Shown here piece by piece: positions 47,240 through 57,631 of a DNA stretch of 64,000 bases. Every line of letters begins with the position of its first letter. Position 1 is the stretch's first letter. The notes under the pieces were generated by a model. It worked only from the letters and a program-made list of their open reading frames with translations, was not told the DNA's origin and ran no database searches. The DNA comes from Terriglobia bacterium (GTDB lineage: Bacteria > Acidobacteriota > Terriglobia > Terriglobales > Acidobacteriaceae), in the NCBI GenBank assembly GCA_020073395.1, contig JAIQFF010000006.1, positions 5,431-69,430 on the forward strand, given 5' to 3'. Position numbers and translations under genes: made by a program.

Positions 47240-49687
47240 TCACTCGTAGCGCAACGCCACCATGGGATCGACTCTGGCTGCGCGGCGTGCCGGGACATAT
47301 GCCGCAAGCAGAGCTATCGCAATCATCGCCACAGTGCCGGAGGCGATCGGGACGGCGCTTCTTATCTGCAGCTCGGGCACCAGGCTTGCGGCAAACCTCT
47401 CGCTCCAGAACGCGATAGGCGCTCCTACCGCCGAACCGATACAAACCATGCCCAGCGCGTCTCTGATCACCATCCAGGTCGCGTTACTTTGAGTTGCGCC
47501 CAGTGCCATGCGAATCCCGATCTCGTTGATGCGTCGCGCCACCGTGTACGTCAGCAGTCCATAGAGGCCGATGGCCGCAAGCAGCGCCCCCAGCACGCCG
47601 AACCACAGGGAGAGCGTCGCCATGAGCCGCTCTGGAACGATGGACGCATTCACCTGGTCGGTGAGCGTCGTGATGCTCTTTACGGAGACTGTCTTCAGCA
47701 TGTCGCGCACCACGCGCCGGACATCGGGAGCCACCGCCTCGGGGTCAACACCGGTCCGCAGCGCAAATCGCGAATCCACCGAAGGTTCCTGGAAAGTGTT
47801 GAGGTAGATGGTGCGCCACGTAGCTTCGCGCATTTCCATGTACTTCGCATCACCGGCAACGCCAACAATCTGGTATGGCTGGCCGTCACCGTCGAAAGTG
47901 ACATGTCTCCCGATGGGATCGCGGCTGCCGAAATAGTAGCGGGCCATGGTCTGATTGATGATCGCCACGCGTGGCCCACCCTTGTCCCCGAAGCTGAAGT
48001 CGCGCCCCATCAGCAACGGTGTGCCGACGGTTGCAAAATATTTCGGTGCGACCCAGCTCTCCATGACGTTGCGGATTTCTCCCGGCTTGGCCTCGTAGCC
48101 TTCTACCGTGACGCCGCGATTTGCTCCCGCTCCCGAGATCGGAGATGGGGCGCAGATTGTGGCCGAGCGCACGCCCGGGATCGCCTCCAGGTGTTGCAGC
48201 AAATCCTGATACGCGAGTGACAAGTGTTCGTCGTTATATCCACTGCCTTCGGGATCAAGAGTCACGAGCAGAACGTGGTCGGGGTGGAAGCCCAAATCGA
48301 GATGGCGGAGATTCAACAAGTGGCGAACAAACAGCCCGGCCGCGCTCAATAGCACAACCGACAAAGCCACCTGGGCAACCACCAGGGTCTTTCCGAACAA
48401 CCGGCGGGGCCTGGTCTCACTGGTACCGCCCGCTTGCCGGAGGGAGGATGCCGGGGCGGTCCTCATGGCCCGCAGAGCGGGAACCAGTCCAGATAGCAAT
48501 ATGGTCAACAAGGTGATTGCCGCTGTGAAAAGCAGCACGTGCATATCGGCCCGGACATGGAACTCGAGAGGCGGCCCCGGCCGTCGTTCCGCAACGATGA
48601 TTTTGGCTAAGACTCCGGCGCCGAAATACGCCACGTAAACGCCCAGCAGACTGCCGACTGCGGAAAGCAGCAAAGACTCGGTCAGCACCTGCCGCGCCAG
48701 GCGAAAGTGACCGGCCCCCAAAGAGAGGCGCAACGCCATTTCGTGTTCCCGGGTTGCCCCGCGCGCCAGCAGCATGCTGGCCAGATTGGTGCACGCAATC
48801 AGCAGCAGCAGGCCCACAACGGCCAACAGCAGCAGCAGTGGCTTGGCCCATTCCTCGCGCAGCTGCGAGAGGCCGGCACCCGCGGGCTCCATCTCAAGTT
48901 TCATCTTGCGAATAAATGGATTGTTGGTGGCCTTGGCCTGCTCCTCGAGAGTCGACTCGTATAACACCGCCGTCTCTGCTTGCGCCTGATTGATGGAGAC
49001 GCCGGGTTTCAACCTGCCCACCAACCACAACGATCCCCACCCGAGGCCGGAGCGAACAACGGTCGGCTGCATGGCCAGAGGCAGCCAGACGTCCTGGCGA
49101 GACTCCACCTGCAATCCGGAAAACTTGCGCGGCGCCACTCCGACAATCGTCACCAGCATATCTTCCACGATGATTTGCTTGCCCAGCATTGCCGGGTCGA
49201 GATTGAACCTGCTTTTCCAGTAGGACCAACTCACCACAGCTACTGCGGAAGGATCACCGGTGCGGTCATCCTCTGGACCGATCAGCCTGCCGATCGCAGG
49301 TTGCATCCCGAGGACAGGAAAAAAGTTTCGGTCAACATATCCGCCTTGCAGCGTTTGTGGTTCCAGACCTTCGCCGCGCACGTGGAAGGGTTGATAAGCA
49401 GCGGCGATCAAACCCGAGAACACATGATTGTGGTCGCGCATGAGCTGGTAGGCCTGCGGGGAGAAGCCATTCAGATGCGGCTCACCCGGATACCTGTGCA
49501 GGAGTTCGACCAGTTGCTCCGGTTCCCGCACTGGCAGCATGCGTAGCATGAGAGTATTGACCAGGCTGAAGATTGCCGTGTTGGCGCCGATTCCCAATGC
49601 CAGCGTCAGCACGGCGACCGCAGTGAACCCAAGGTTCTTCCGGAGTTGCCGCAGGGCGTACCGGAGATCTTGGATCAGGCCGTTCAT
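47240..49687 (-). CDS. ADOP-family permease, copy 6
   Basis: N-terminus [41 protein letters not shown]-terminus ...[10 protein letters not shown]. The start overlaps the ATPase stop (ATGA). Confidence 0.9.
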   Translation of the reverse strand: MNGLIQDLRYALRQLRKNLGFTAVAVLTLALGIGANTAIFSLVNTLMLRMLPVREPEQLVELLHRYPGEPHLNGFSPQAYQLMRDHNHVFSGLIAAAYQPFHVRGEGLEPQTLQGGYVDRNFFPVLGMQPAIGRLIGPEDDRTGDPSAVAVVSWSYWKSRFNLDPAMLGKQIIVEDMLVTIVGVAPRKFSGLQVESRQDVWLPLAMQPTVVRSGLGWGSLWLVGRLKPGVSINQAQAETAVLYESTLEEQAKATNNPFIRKMKLEMEPAGAGLSQLREEWAKPLLLLLAVVGLLLLIACTNLASMLLARGATREHEMALRLSLGAGHFRLARQVLTESLLLSAVGSLLGVYVAYFGAGVLAKIIVAERRPGPPLEFHVRADMHVLLFTAAITLLTILLSGLVPALRAMRTAPASSLRQAGGTSETRPRRLFGKTLVVAQVALSVVLLSAAGLFVRHLLNLRHLDLGFHPDHVLLVTLDPEGSGYNDEHLSLAYQDLLQHLEAIPGVRSATICAPSPISGAGANRGVTVEGYEAKPGEIRNVMESWVAPKYFATVGTPLLMGRDFSFGDKGGPRVAIINQTMARYYFGSRDPIGRHVTFDGDGQPYQIVGVAGDAKYMEMREATWRTIYLNTFQEPSVDSRFALRTGVDPEAVAPDVRRVVRDMLKTVSVKSITTLTDQVNASIVPERLMATLSLWFGVLGALLAAIGLYGLLTYTVARRINEIGIRMALGATQSNATWMVIRDALGMVCIGSAVGAPIAFWSERFAASLVPELQIRSAVPIASGTVAMIAIALLAAYVPARRAARVDPMVALRYE

Positions 49688-50409
49688 GCATGCACGTCCG
49701 CCATCAATTTCTTCAGTTCTTCCTCCGCCACCACTTTCCCGTCGAACAAATGCACTTCACGTTCGGCATGCTTGGCAAAGCGCGGATCGTGCGTGACCAT
49801 ACAGATGGTTGCACCCTCGCGGTGCAGGTTCTGGAGCAACTCCATCACGGCCTCGCCGTTGCGGGAATCCAGATTTCCCGTGGGCTCATCAGCCAGCAGA
49901 ATGGAGGGCTTTCCTCCCAGCGCGCGCGCCACGGCCACGCGCTGCTGCTGGCCGCCGGAGAGTTGCGAGGGATAATGTCGCACGCGGTGCGCCATGCCTA
50001 CGCGCTCCAGCGCCTCCATCACGCGTTTCTTGCGCTCGACCGCGGGCATCTTCTGCCTGTAGGTCAGCGGCAGTTCAACGTTTTCGTAAACCGTGAGGTC
50101 GCCAATCAGATTGAAACTCTGGAAGATGAACCCTATCTCCTGATTGCGAATGCGCGAGCGCTCGGCAAAGCCCAGATTCTCCACGGGCTGGCTGTTCAGC
50201 TGGTAGCGGCCCCCGGTCGGCGTATCGAGCAGGCCGATGATCGAAAGCAGGGTGGACTTGCCGCATCCCGAAGGACCCGACATGGCTACGTACTCGCCCT
50301 TGCGGATCGCCAGGTGGACGCCGGAAAGCGCGTGGGTTTCAACTTCGTCGGTGTAAAACACTTTGGTGAGATCTTCAATCTGGATCAGCGCTTGTCCTGT
50401 TTCAGTCAT
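49684..50409 (-). CDS. ABC ATP-binding protein, MacB/LolD-type NBD
   Basis: I moved the start to [19 protein letters not shown] (ATG at 50409). Walker [12 protein letters not shown], signature [14 protein letters not shown], Walker [13 protein letters not shown]. Confidence 0.9.
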   Translation of the reverse strand: MTETGQALIQIEDLTKVFYTDEVETHALSGVHLAIRKGEYVAMSGPSGCGKSTLLSIIGLLDTPTGGRYQLNSQPVENLGFAERSRIRNQEIGFIFQSFNLIGDLTVYENVELPLTYRQKMPAVERKKRVMEALERVGMAHRVRHYPSQLSGGQQQRVAVARALGGKPSILLADEPTGNLDSRNGEAVMELLQNLHREGATICMVTHDPRFAKHAEREVHLFDGKVVAEEELKKLMADVHA

Positions 50410-50461
50410 GACGTGTGCCTCAATCGGTTGTCTAGTCGAGCTTGTTTTAGTCAAGCTGGTC

Positions 50462-51724
50462 TTAATCAAGTCTGATACGGTCGGTGTTATCCGAGCGCGA
50501 CATGTCGGAAAGAATCACCGTGTCGCCTTCGTGCAACCCTTCAATAATCTGAATTGAATTTACGGAGGCGCGCCCTACCTTTACCGGAACGCGAACCGCG
50601 CCCGTGCCATTCGCATCCAGTTTGAACAGGCTGATGGTGCTGTTCTCCTGTCCAAAGGCGGGACGGCCGACGTAGAGCACGTTCTCCAGCCGCTCCAGGT
50701 CGATGGTTCCGTCCACGCTCAGGTCGGGCCGCGCTCCCTTGGGGAGTTCACCGGTGAGCTGCACGTCAACCGTGACCGTACCGTTCTGCACTGCGGGATC
50801 GACTCGCATCACCGTTCCCGGAACCGTCCCGTTGTGCGTGTCAACCATCGACGGTTGTCCAATCTGTATGTCTCGCGCCTGGGTCTCGGCAATCTTTAAC
50901 TCGGCAATCAGATGGTTGGGCTGGACCACCTTGGCCAGCATCGCACCGGGCAAAACGTGCTGTCCCACCTGTAACGGCAGATCGACCAGGACGCCGTCGA
51001 TGCCGGCGCGGACCTTGAGCGCATCCAACTGTTTTTGCTTTAGCTCCGCGAGGGCACGCATCTGGTCCACTTTGGCCTGCTGTTGGGCCATCTGCGATTC
51101 GATCGCTTTCTGGTTGATGGCCAGCCGTTCATCTTCAATGTTGTTTCGCGTAGTGAGTTCGTCGGCCTTGCCCTTCGACGCTTTGTACGCGAGACCCGAA
51201 ATCACGCCGAGATCGTAAAGCGCTTTGTCAGTCTCCGACTGCAGCTTGGCCTGGCTGTAATCCGCGGTCACGGTGGCGGCGCCCGCTTTCTGGTTCATCA
51301 GATCGCTCTGCAGCTTGACCCGCAGACTCTGGTATTCGGCCTCGGCAGCCTTGAGTTGCAGCCTGGCGTCAAGCGCTGCCTGCTCGACTTGCGGATTGCT
51401 CATCTCCAGAAGAATGCTGTCAGCTTTCACCTGAGAACCCGGCAGCATTCGAATGCGAACGACAGTGGCTTCTGTCTCCGCTGGTATTTGACGGGTGAAC
51501 TCCTGGCTGGGAATCAGGGACCCCAGTCCTCTGACCTGGCGCAGCATGGGGCCGCGCTTGACGGTGTCGGTCCACACCGTACTGCGTTCCACTTCCTGTG
51601 CCGCCGGTTTCAGGCGGGACACGCCGATGGTGACGATCCCGAGAACTACTACACCGAGCACCACCCCGACGATTTGGCGGCGCCTCTTCTGGCGCTTGAT
51701 GTCCGGACGTGCGATATCCATCAT
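50462..51724 (-). CDS. MacA/HlyD-type periplasmic adaptor (membrane fusion protein)
   Basis: N-terminal anchor (IVGVVLGVVVLGIVTIGV), a long Ala/Gln-rich coiled-coil segment and C-terminal beta domains ending ...GDTVILSD. Confidence 0.85.
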   Translation of the reverse strand: MMDIARPDIKRQKRRRQIVGVVLGVVVLGIVTIGVSRLKPAAQEVERSTVWTDTVKRGPMLRQVRGLGSLIPSQEFTRQIPAETEATVVRIRMLPGSQVKADSILLEMSNPQVEQAALDARLQLKAAEAEYQSLRVKLQSDLMNQKAGAATVTADYSQAKLQSETDKALYDLGVISGLAYKASKGKADELTTRNNIEDERLAINQKAIESQMAQQQAKVDQMRALAELKQKQLDALKVRAGIDGVLVDLPLQVGQHVLPGAMLAKVVQPNHLIAELKIAETQARDIQIGQPSMVDTHNGTVPGTVMRVDPAVQNGTVTVDVQLTGELPKGARPDLSVDGTIDLERLENVLYVGRPAFGQENSTISLFKLDANGTGAVRVPVKVGRASVNSIQIIEGLHEGDTVILSDMSRSDNTDRIRLD

Positions 51725-52084
51725 TCCATCTCCTCGCAACTTTCAATCCATTCGACACCCGCCGGTAAGTGTCTGCGAGAACAGGGAAATACGGGCAGCC
51801 CTGCGACCTGGAACGACGCTGATTTGTCCGCTAGCGAACTTGACTGTCCATTTGCGAACACCAAAAGCGACAGCCTTCGCTGTCCGATCTCCCGGCACGG
51901 TTCAGTCAAAGCTGAGAACTGGGAACTCGTATCTGGTAACTAGGCAAGCTGAGAAACCGCGTCGCCCGGCAATCGTTTAAACATTCCGTCCCGCGAGAGA
52001 GTGGAGCAGAGTATGAAACCAGCCCGGGGTAATCAAGTCAATCTGAGGGGCTTCAGTGGCCACGCCTTTGTCCCGTTGCGCCAG

Positions 52085-54622
52085 TCACTCCGTCCGCAGC
52101 GCGCGGATAGGTTCCAGAGCTGCTGCTTTGCGGGCGGGCAGCACCGTAGCGATCAACGCAGCCAGGCTCAGTACAAGCGTCGTTACCAGCAAAATATCCG
52201 GAGCGTAAGGCTTCACTCCAAACAATTGCGTCGTCATCGCGTACCCCGCCAGAATCGTTGCAGGAATGCCGATCCCGAGCCCGACTCCAATTTGTACAAA
52301 CGCGCCCTTCAGCACCAGCCTCAGAACATTCAACCGGTCGGCACCGAGCGCCATGCGGATTCCGATTTCGCTGGTACGCCGTTCGACCGAGTATGCGGTC
52401 ACGCCATAGAGACCGACGGAGGCCAACACCAGCGCCAGCAATCCAAACAATGATGTCAGCCTCGCCAGCATCTGGTTCTGCGAGAAATTGCCATCCACTT
52501 GAGCCGCAAAGCTCATGAAGTCGATCAACGCAAGGTCAGGACTCACCTGGGCGAAAGCACGCCGAACCTGAGGTTCCAGTCCTGGAACCAGGCCCTGCGT
52601 TTGCAGCACGGCGGTGTTCAGAAAGTGGTTACTATCTTCGAAGGCCTTAAATCGCGGGTCATCGTACACCACGTTTTGGGCCTCGGGCAGGAAGAACATG
52701 GGTGGAATCTTGTGGGTTGCGTCCCGGTATTGCGTATCCTCGGTGACGCCGACGATTTCAAAGCTTCCAGCATACTTCTGGTCCAGATCGCCGAAGTGTT
52801 TTCCGATAGGGTCTTCATCTTTGAAGAAATGCCTGGCAAATGTCTGATTAACGACGGCTATTTTCCGGGTAGAGGCGGTGTCCTGCTCGGTGATGGTGCG
52901 GCCTTTCACTATTTTGGTTCCGATGCTCTCAAAGTAGCCGTCGGTGACCCTGAGCCAGGAGGTCTGATTCTGACTGCTGCCCGCCGGAGGTGGCGCTTGC
53001 CCTTCGATGTAAATGGTTTCACCCCAATTGTTGCCTTCCATCGGAGTGTAGAGGCCAAAGCTCACGCGGTTCACGCCCGGAATTGCCGCCAGATTGTCAC
53101 GGAGCTGCCGGTAAAGCGCGGGCAATCGCTCCTGCTTATATCCAGCCATCGATGGATCCAGATGCAGGATGTAGCGGTTCGCAACTTCAAATCCGAAATT
53201 TTGGCCCTGCATGTTACCTAAACTCCGCGTCAGTAATCCCGCGGCGCACAGCAGAACCAGGGATAGAGCGGCCTGGGCCACAACCAGCGTCTTTTGCGTC
53301 CAGCCTGCTCCATGCGCCGTCGAACGGTGCGCTCCGCGCAAAGCATCGGCGGGATCGACGTGCGCCATCATCCACGCCGGCGCGACTCCAAACAGGATTC
53401 CGGTCAGAAGAGAAGCTCCGAAGGTAAAAGCCAGGACCGGCAACGAAGGCATGGCACTGATGGCAACATGCTGGTCGTGAAATGCCAGCCGCAGGATGAG
53501 GCGCGTGCAGGCGAACGCCAACCCCACTCCCACGATTCCGCCGAGCAATGCAAGAAAGGTGCTCTCGGTCATTACCTGTGCCAACTGCCGCCACCGGGGC
53601 GCGCCCAGCGCGGTACGCACGGAAGTGTTCTGCTGCCGGCTGACAGCCCGCACCAGCATCAGGTTCGCCACATTAGCGCAAGCGATCAGCAACACAAAAC
53701 CGGAAACCCACATCAGCAGGTGGAGCCCCGACTGGTACTCGTCGCGCATCATCTGCACCCCTGCTCCACCCGGAGACAGATGCAGAGTTTGTTTCGGCAC
53801 TAGTTCCCGCTCACCAGGTTGCAGTTTGCTGTCGGGACTCAACAGCCACTGTCTGAGCTCCAACTGCATTTGGGTTTCAATGCTTTTGGGATCACCCCCC
53901 GGCGCGAGCCGCCCTATGATGTCGAGCCAATCCGACTCCCCAAATTGCAGCAGATTGCCCGGACCATCGATCATCGCCTCCGCATTCAGAGGAAACCAGA
54001 AAGCGGGCGAAGCCTCCATGCGATCGCCGTAGAATTTCGGCGGCGCCACGCCAATCACGGTAAAGGGAAAGCCGTTAAACGTGAAGCTCGCCCCAATCAC
54101 CGTCGGATCCAAACCGTATTTCTGTTGCCAGGTCGCGTAGCTCATCACCACGACCGGCTCCACTCCCTTGCGATCATCCGCTTGGGTAAACATCCGCCCG
54201 GCGTATGCACCCACTCCAAACATCGAGAAATAGTTTCCCGAAACGTATTGGGTGCGCATTGACTCTGCAGGCTGGTTGCTCGCGTTCCGCCGGACTCCCA
54301 TGAGACCGCGCCCGGCCTGGAAGGCGGCCAGTTCGGTGAACCCGTGCGTCCCGTCGCGGAAGGTTTTGTACTTGTCGTAGGAGAAAAGCGACCAACTGTC
54401 CTGCAAGCCACCGTTGACGCAACAGTTCTCGTTGTCCCCGATGCGGATCAGTTCGCTGGGCTTGGCCACCGGCAGGGACTTCAACAACACGGCGTGCACC
54501 AGGGTGAAGATTGCCGTGGTCGCACCAATCCCGAGGGCAAGCGTCAACACCGCCGTTGCTGTGAAGCCGGGGGCATGAGCAAATTGCCTCATCGCGTAGC
54601 GGACATCGTCTATGAATTGCAT
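52085..54622 (-). CDS. ADOP-family permease, copy 7 (more divergent)
   Basis: N-terminus [40 protein letters not shown]-terminus ...LEPIRALRTE. Confidence 0.9.
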   Translation of the reverse strand: MQFIDDVRYAMRQFAHAPGFTATAVLTLALGIGATTAIFTLVHAVLLKSLPVAKPSELIRIGDNENCCVNGGLQDSWSLFSYDKYKTFRDGTHGFTELAAFQAGRGLMGVRRNASNQPAESMRTQYVSGNYFSMFGVGAYAGRMFTQADDRKGVEPVVVMSYATWQQKYGLDPTVIGASFTFNGFPFTVIGVAPPKFYGDRMEASPAFWFPLNAEAMIDGPGNLLQFGESDWLDIIGRLAPGGDPKSIETQMQLELRQWLLSPDSKLQPGERELVPKQTLHLSPGGAGVQMMRDEYQSGLHLLMWVSGFVLLIACANVANLMLVRAVSRQQNTSVRTALGAPRWRQLAQVMTESTFLALLGGIVGVGLAFACTRLILRLAFHDQHVAISAMPSLPVLAFTFGASLLTGILFGVAPAWMMAHVDPADALRGAHRSTAHGAGWTQKTLVVAQAALSLVLLCAAGLLTRSLGNMQGQNFGFEVANRYILHLDPSMAGYKQERLPALYRQLRDNLAAIPGVNRVSFGLYTPMEGNNWGETIYIEGQAPPPAGSSQNQTSWLRVTDGYFESIGTKIVKGRTITEQDTASTRKIAVVNQTFARHFFKDEDPIGKHFGDLDQKYAGSFEIVGVTEDTQYRDATHKIPPMFFLPEAQNVVYDDPRFKAFEDSNHFLNTAVLQTQGLVPGLEPQVRRAFAQVSPDLALIDFMSFAAQVDGNFSQNQMLARLTSLFGLLALVLASVGLYGVTAYSVERRTSEIGIRMALGADRLNVLRLVLKGAFVQIGVGLGIGIPATILAGYAMTTQLFGVKPYAPDILLVTTLVLSLAALIATVLPARKAAALEPIRALRTE

Positions 54623-54837
54623 GGCGCTTCTGATCGTCTATACGGATGGGCCTCATTCACGGTTCCAGACCGGGCAGGGACAGAGAGAGACTTCAACTCA
54701 GCCCGTGCGGGTTTGACGCTCGTTATAGCCCTTCGTGAGCAACTCTCGGGGAGAAGGCGTCGCCATTCACGCGCCGACACCAGGCATGGAACCTAAACAC
54801 CGGTTCTGGCCGTTCGGAATCTCGCCTTGGGGACTCT

Positions 54838-54957
54838 CTACTCGTAGCGCAGCGCTGTCATCGGGTCCACTTGCTGGCCCGGCCGCCACCAAGCTTAACA
54901 GAAGGGTTACGGCCAACAGAATGAGCGGGTCACGACCCCATCCCATTCAATTTCCAC
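54838..54957 (-). pseudogene. Decayed 3'-terminal remnant of an ADOP gene
   Basis: The minus-strand reading ends ...VDPMTALRYE* (stop at 54838-54840). Upstream fragments LNGMGS / DPLILLAVTLLLSLVAAGPAS lie in shifted frames with internal stops. The terminal 33 nt match the 3' end of copy 9 (57632-57664) at 29 of 33 positions. Confidence 0.7.
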
Positions 54958-55179
54958 GGGGAGTAAGCGTCTGCTGCACGACTGGCCGTCCTTTTGTGCT
55001 CCGCAGTGTCCACCAGCGAACAGTGCTGTCGGGGTTGTCCGAATCGATTAGCAGGACAATCCGGCTTGCTCACAATCATCTTAGACAAACGTCAATAGCT
55101 GCGGTCATCGGTCACCTGCCAACACGAAAGCTTGCTTTCATCGAGTTCAAGTGGCAACATTCAGCCGCGAGTGTATGCA

Positions 55180-57585
55180 ATGGAAACGTTGCTTCAGGAT
55201 CTGCGCCAGGAGTTTCGCATGTTGCGGAAGGCGCCCGGCTTCACGGCTGTGGCCGTGATCACCATAGCGCTTGGGATTGGAGCAAACACGGCGATATTCA
55301 GCGTTGTGAATGCCGTCCTGTTCAATCCGCTGCCCCTGCATCAACCCGGCCAGATCGTGCGGTTGCAGGAATTCCATCAACGCCCGACGAATGTCACGGG
55401 AGCGACATTGCGCGATGTGCGTGAGCGCAATCGCGTGTTTTCTCAAGTCGCCGCTTACCGCATTTTTTCGCAAAACTTGAGCGACCCGCGGCAAGCAGTG
55501 CCGCCGGAGCAGATCGACACCGCATTCGTTTCCCAGGATTTCTTGCCGCTACTGGCGATGACGCCGTTCGTGGGGACGGGGTTCACCGTGGAGCAGTTTC
55601 ACAGAAATGCTGGAGGCGCAGTGATCCTCAGCTACGGACTCTGGCAGCATCATTTTGGGTCGGACCGCGAAATCGTCGGCAAGATGATCACCCTCCACGG
55701 AGTGCCTCACCTGGTTGCGGGTGTAATGCCGATGGGATTCTCGTTTCCGGAGGCGGTGCAGGCGTGGGCGCCACTCACTGACGACCTGGCGTTCCGAGAG
55801 AACCGCCGCGCCCATCTGTTTACCACCCTGGCGCGGGTCAAACCGGGCGTCTCAATGGAGGTTGTGCGTGCCGATTTGGAAGCAATCTCCGTCCAGATCC
55901 AGCGGGAAAATCAGAACGTCGATCCTGGCTTCACCTTTCACGCGGAGCGGCTGCAGGACAACCTGGTTTCAAGCGTTCGCCCTACTTTGCTGATCTTGAT
56001 GAGTGCGGTTGGCTTCGTGCTCTTGATTGCATGCGCAAACGTCGCGAACCTGCTTCTCACGCGGGCGGTCGTACGACAGAAGGAGATTGCGATACGTTCG
56101 GCGTTGGGTGCGACACGCTTTCGCCTAGCACGGCAATTCTTGACTGAGAGCGTTTTACTTGGCCTTCTCGGCGGAACCGCCGGATGTCTGCTCGGGCTGT
56201 GGGCGGTGAAAGTCTTATATGCCGTGTACCCCGGCGCCATCCCTCGCTTGGCCTCTCCGGCGATTAACGTGCAAGTCCTGCTCTTCGTATTTGCGGTCTC
56301 ATTGCTGGCCTCGATGTTGTCCGGAAGCATTCCTGCCATGCAACCTCCAGCGCTGAATTTGCAGGTGCAGCTTGCAGAGGGTGGCCGCACCACTGGGACG
56401 TTGCGCCATCAGCGCGTTCGCTCATCCCTGGTGATCACGGAAGTGGCGCTCGCCATGATGTTGCTCGCTGCGGCGGGTTTGCTTATCCGAAGTTTCATTC
56501 TGTTGCAGCGGGTTGATCCTGGTTTTGACAGCTCCCATCTGGCCGTTGTTCGTCTGTCACTGCCAGACTCCCGGTACCCTGAACTCCCCGAGCGGACACA
56601 GTTTATGAATTCGGTTCTGGAACGCCTTCACGCATTGCCTGGAGTTCAAACCGTTGCCGCCGCCGGGACTCTGCCCTTTGATTCAGTGCCTGAGACCGAC
56701 CTTGAGCTCGAGGGTCACGCCTACGAACCAGAGGACGAACCGAGCGCGGAGATTTTGACCGTCAGTCCCGAGTACTTTGGCACCATGGGAATTCGCCTGC
56801 TGGCTGGAAGAACGTTTACCCCGCAGGACATTCCGGGGCACCCAACCGCTTTGGTGATTAATCAAACCATGGCGCAACGTTTCTGGCCCGGGGAAAGCGC
56901 GTTGGGAAAACGGGTGGTGATGAAAGATTGGGGACCGCCACTGCCCGGCCAGATTGTGGGCGTGGTGTCGGATGTAAAACAGGATTCGCTCGAAGCCGCT
57001 ACCCAGCCCGCGATTTACTACAGCTTCGCGCAGTTCTCGCAAGGTACGCTGACCACGTACCTCATTGCACGATCCACCCCGGATCCGCTCCGCCTCGCGC
57101 CTGCCATTCGGGACCAGATCTGGTCGGTTGATCGGGATCAGCCCGTGAGCGTGTTAGCCATGGACCAAATCGTCTCTGGGTCGCTGGAGCGCCGCCGGTT
57201 TGTCCTCACCTTGCTGGGCACCTTCGCTGCACTTGCTCTGGTTCTCGCGGTAGTGGGCATTTACGGTGTCATTGCGTATTCGGTGGGCCAGCAGACGCAT
57301 GAATTCGGCATACGCATGGCGCTAGGCGCCCAGCGGCACCAGCTTCTGCTCATGGTCATGCAACAGACCGCCCGGAAGCTGGTGGTGGGCCTAGCCATCG
57401 GAGTTGGAGGAGCCCTGATTCTGACTCGATTGATGGGAAGCTTGCTGTTTGGAATCAGCGCGACCGATCCGCTGGCATTTTCGTTGGCGGCGGCGATTCT
57501 GCTGATTGCCGCCCTGATCGCCAGCTGGATTCCCGCGAGGCGGGCGGCCACGGTCAATCCCATGTTGGCGCTGCGGAACGAGTAG
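55180..57585 (+). CDS. ADOP-family permease, copy 8 (only plus-strand copy)
   Basis: I moved the start to [47 protein letters not shown] (ATG at 55180). C-terminus ...[10 protein letters not shown]. Confidence 0.9.
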   Translation: METLLQDLRQEFRMLRKAPGFTAVAVITIALGIGANTAIFSVVNAVLFNPLPLHQPGQIVRLQEFHQRPTNVTGATLRDVRERNRVFSQVAAYRIFSQNLSDPRQAVPPEQIDTAFVSQDFLPLLAMTPFVGTGFTVEQFHRNAGGAVILSYGLWQHHFGSDREIVGKMITLHGVPHLVAGVMPMGFSFPEAVQAWAPLTDDLAFRENRRAHLFTTLARVKPGVSMEVVRADLEAISVQIQRENQNVDPGFTFHAERLQDNLVSSVRPTLLILMSAVGFVLLIACANVANLLLTRAVVRQKEIAIRSALGATRFRLARQFLTESVLLGLLGGTAGCLLGLWAVKVLYAVYPGAIPRLASPAINVQVLLFVFAVSLLASMLSGSIPAMQPPALNLQVQLAEGGRTTGTLRHQRVRSSLVITEVALAMMLLAAAGLLIRSFILLQRVDPGFDSSHLAVVRLSLPDSRYPELPERTQFMNSVLERLHALPGVQTVAAAGTLPFDSVPETDLELEGHAYEPEDEPSAEILTVSPEYFGTMGIRLLAGRTFTPQDIPGHPTALVINQTMAQRFWPGESALGKRVVMKDWGPPLPGQIVGVVSDVKQDSLEAATQPAIYYSFAQFSQGTLTTYLIARSTPDPLRLAPAIRDQIWSVDRDQPVSVLAMDQIVSGSLERRRFVLTLLGTFAALALVLAVVGIYGVIAYSVGQQTHEFGIRMALGAQRHQLLLMVMQQTARKLVVGLAIGVGGALILTRLMGSLLFGISATDPLAFSLAAAILLIAALIASWIPARRAATVNPMLALRNE

Positions 57586-57631
57586 CGTGTCGCTGGCCCG
57601 GACGCATTTAGAATCCCGCCTCGAAGATCTT

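Noticed and set aside
51794-51810. Possible sigma54 -24/-12 element upstream of the adaptor gene (minus-strand AGGTCGCAGGGCTGC, GG-N10-GC). Another sits at 54982-54998 on the plus strand (TGGCCGTCCTTTTGTGC).
   Set aside because: Only the GG/GC dinucleotides fit in the first, and the -12 GC is missing in the second. GG-N10-GC is expected by chance in GC-rich spacers of this length, so a PWM scan or TSS data would be needed.
54735-55424. 229-aa plus-strand ORF spanning the spacer between ADOP copies 7 and 8.
   Set aside because: It runs antisense through the ADOP remnant and into the 5' end of copy 8 in a different frame. It has no motifs and no convincing start context.
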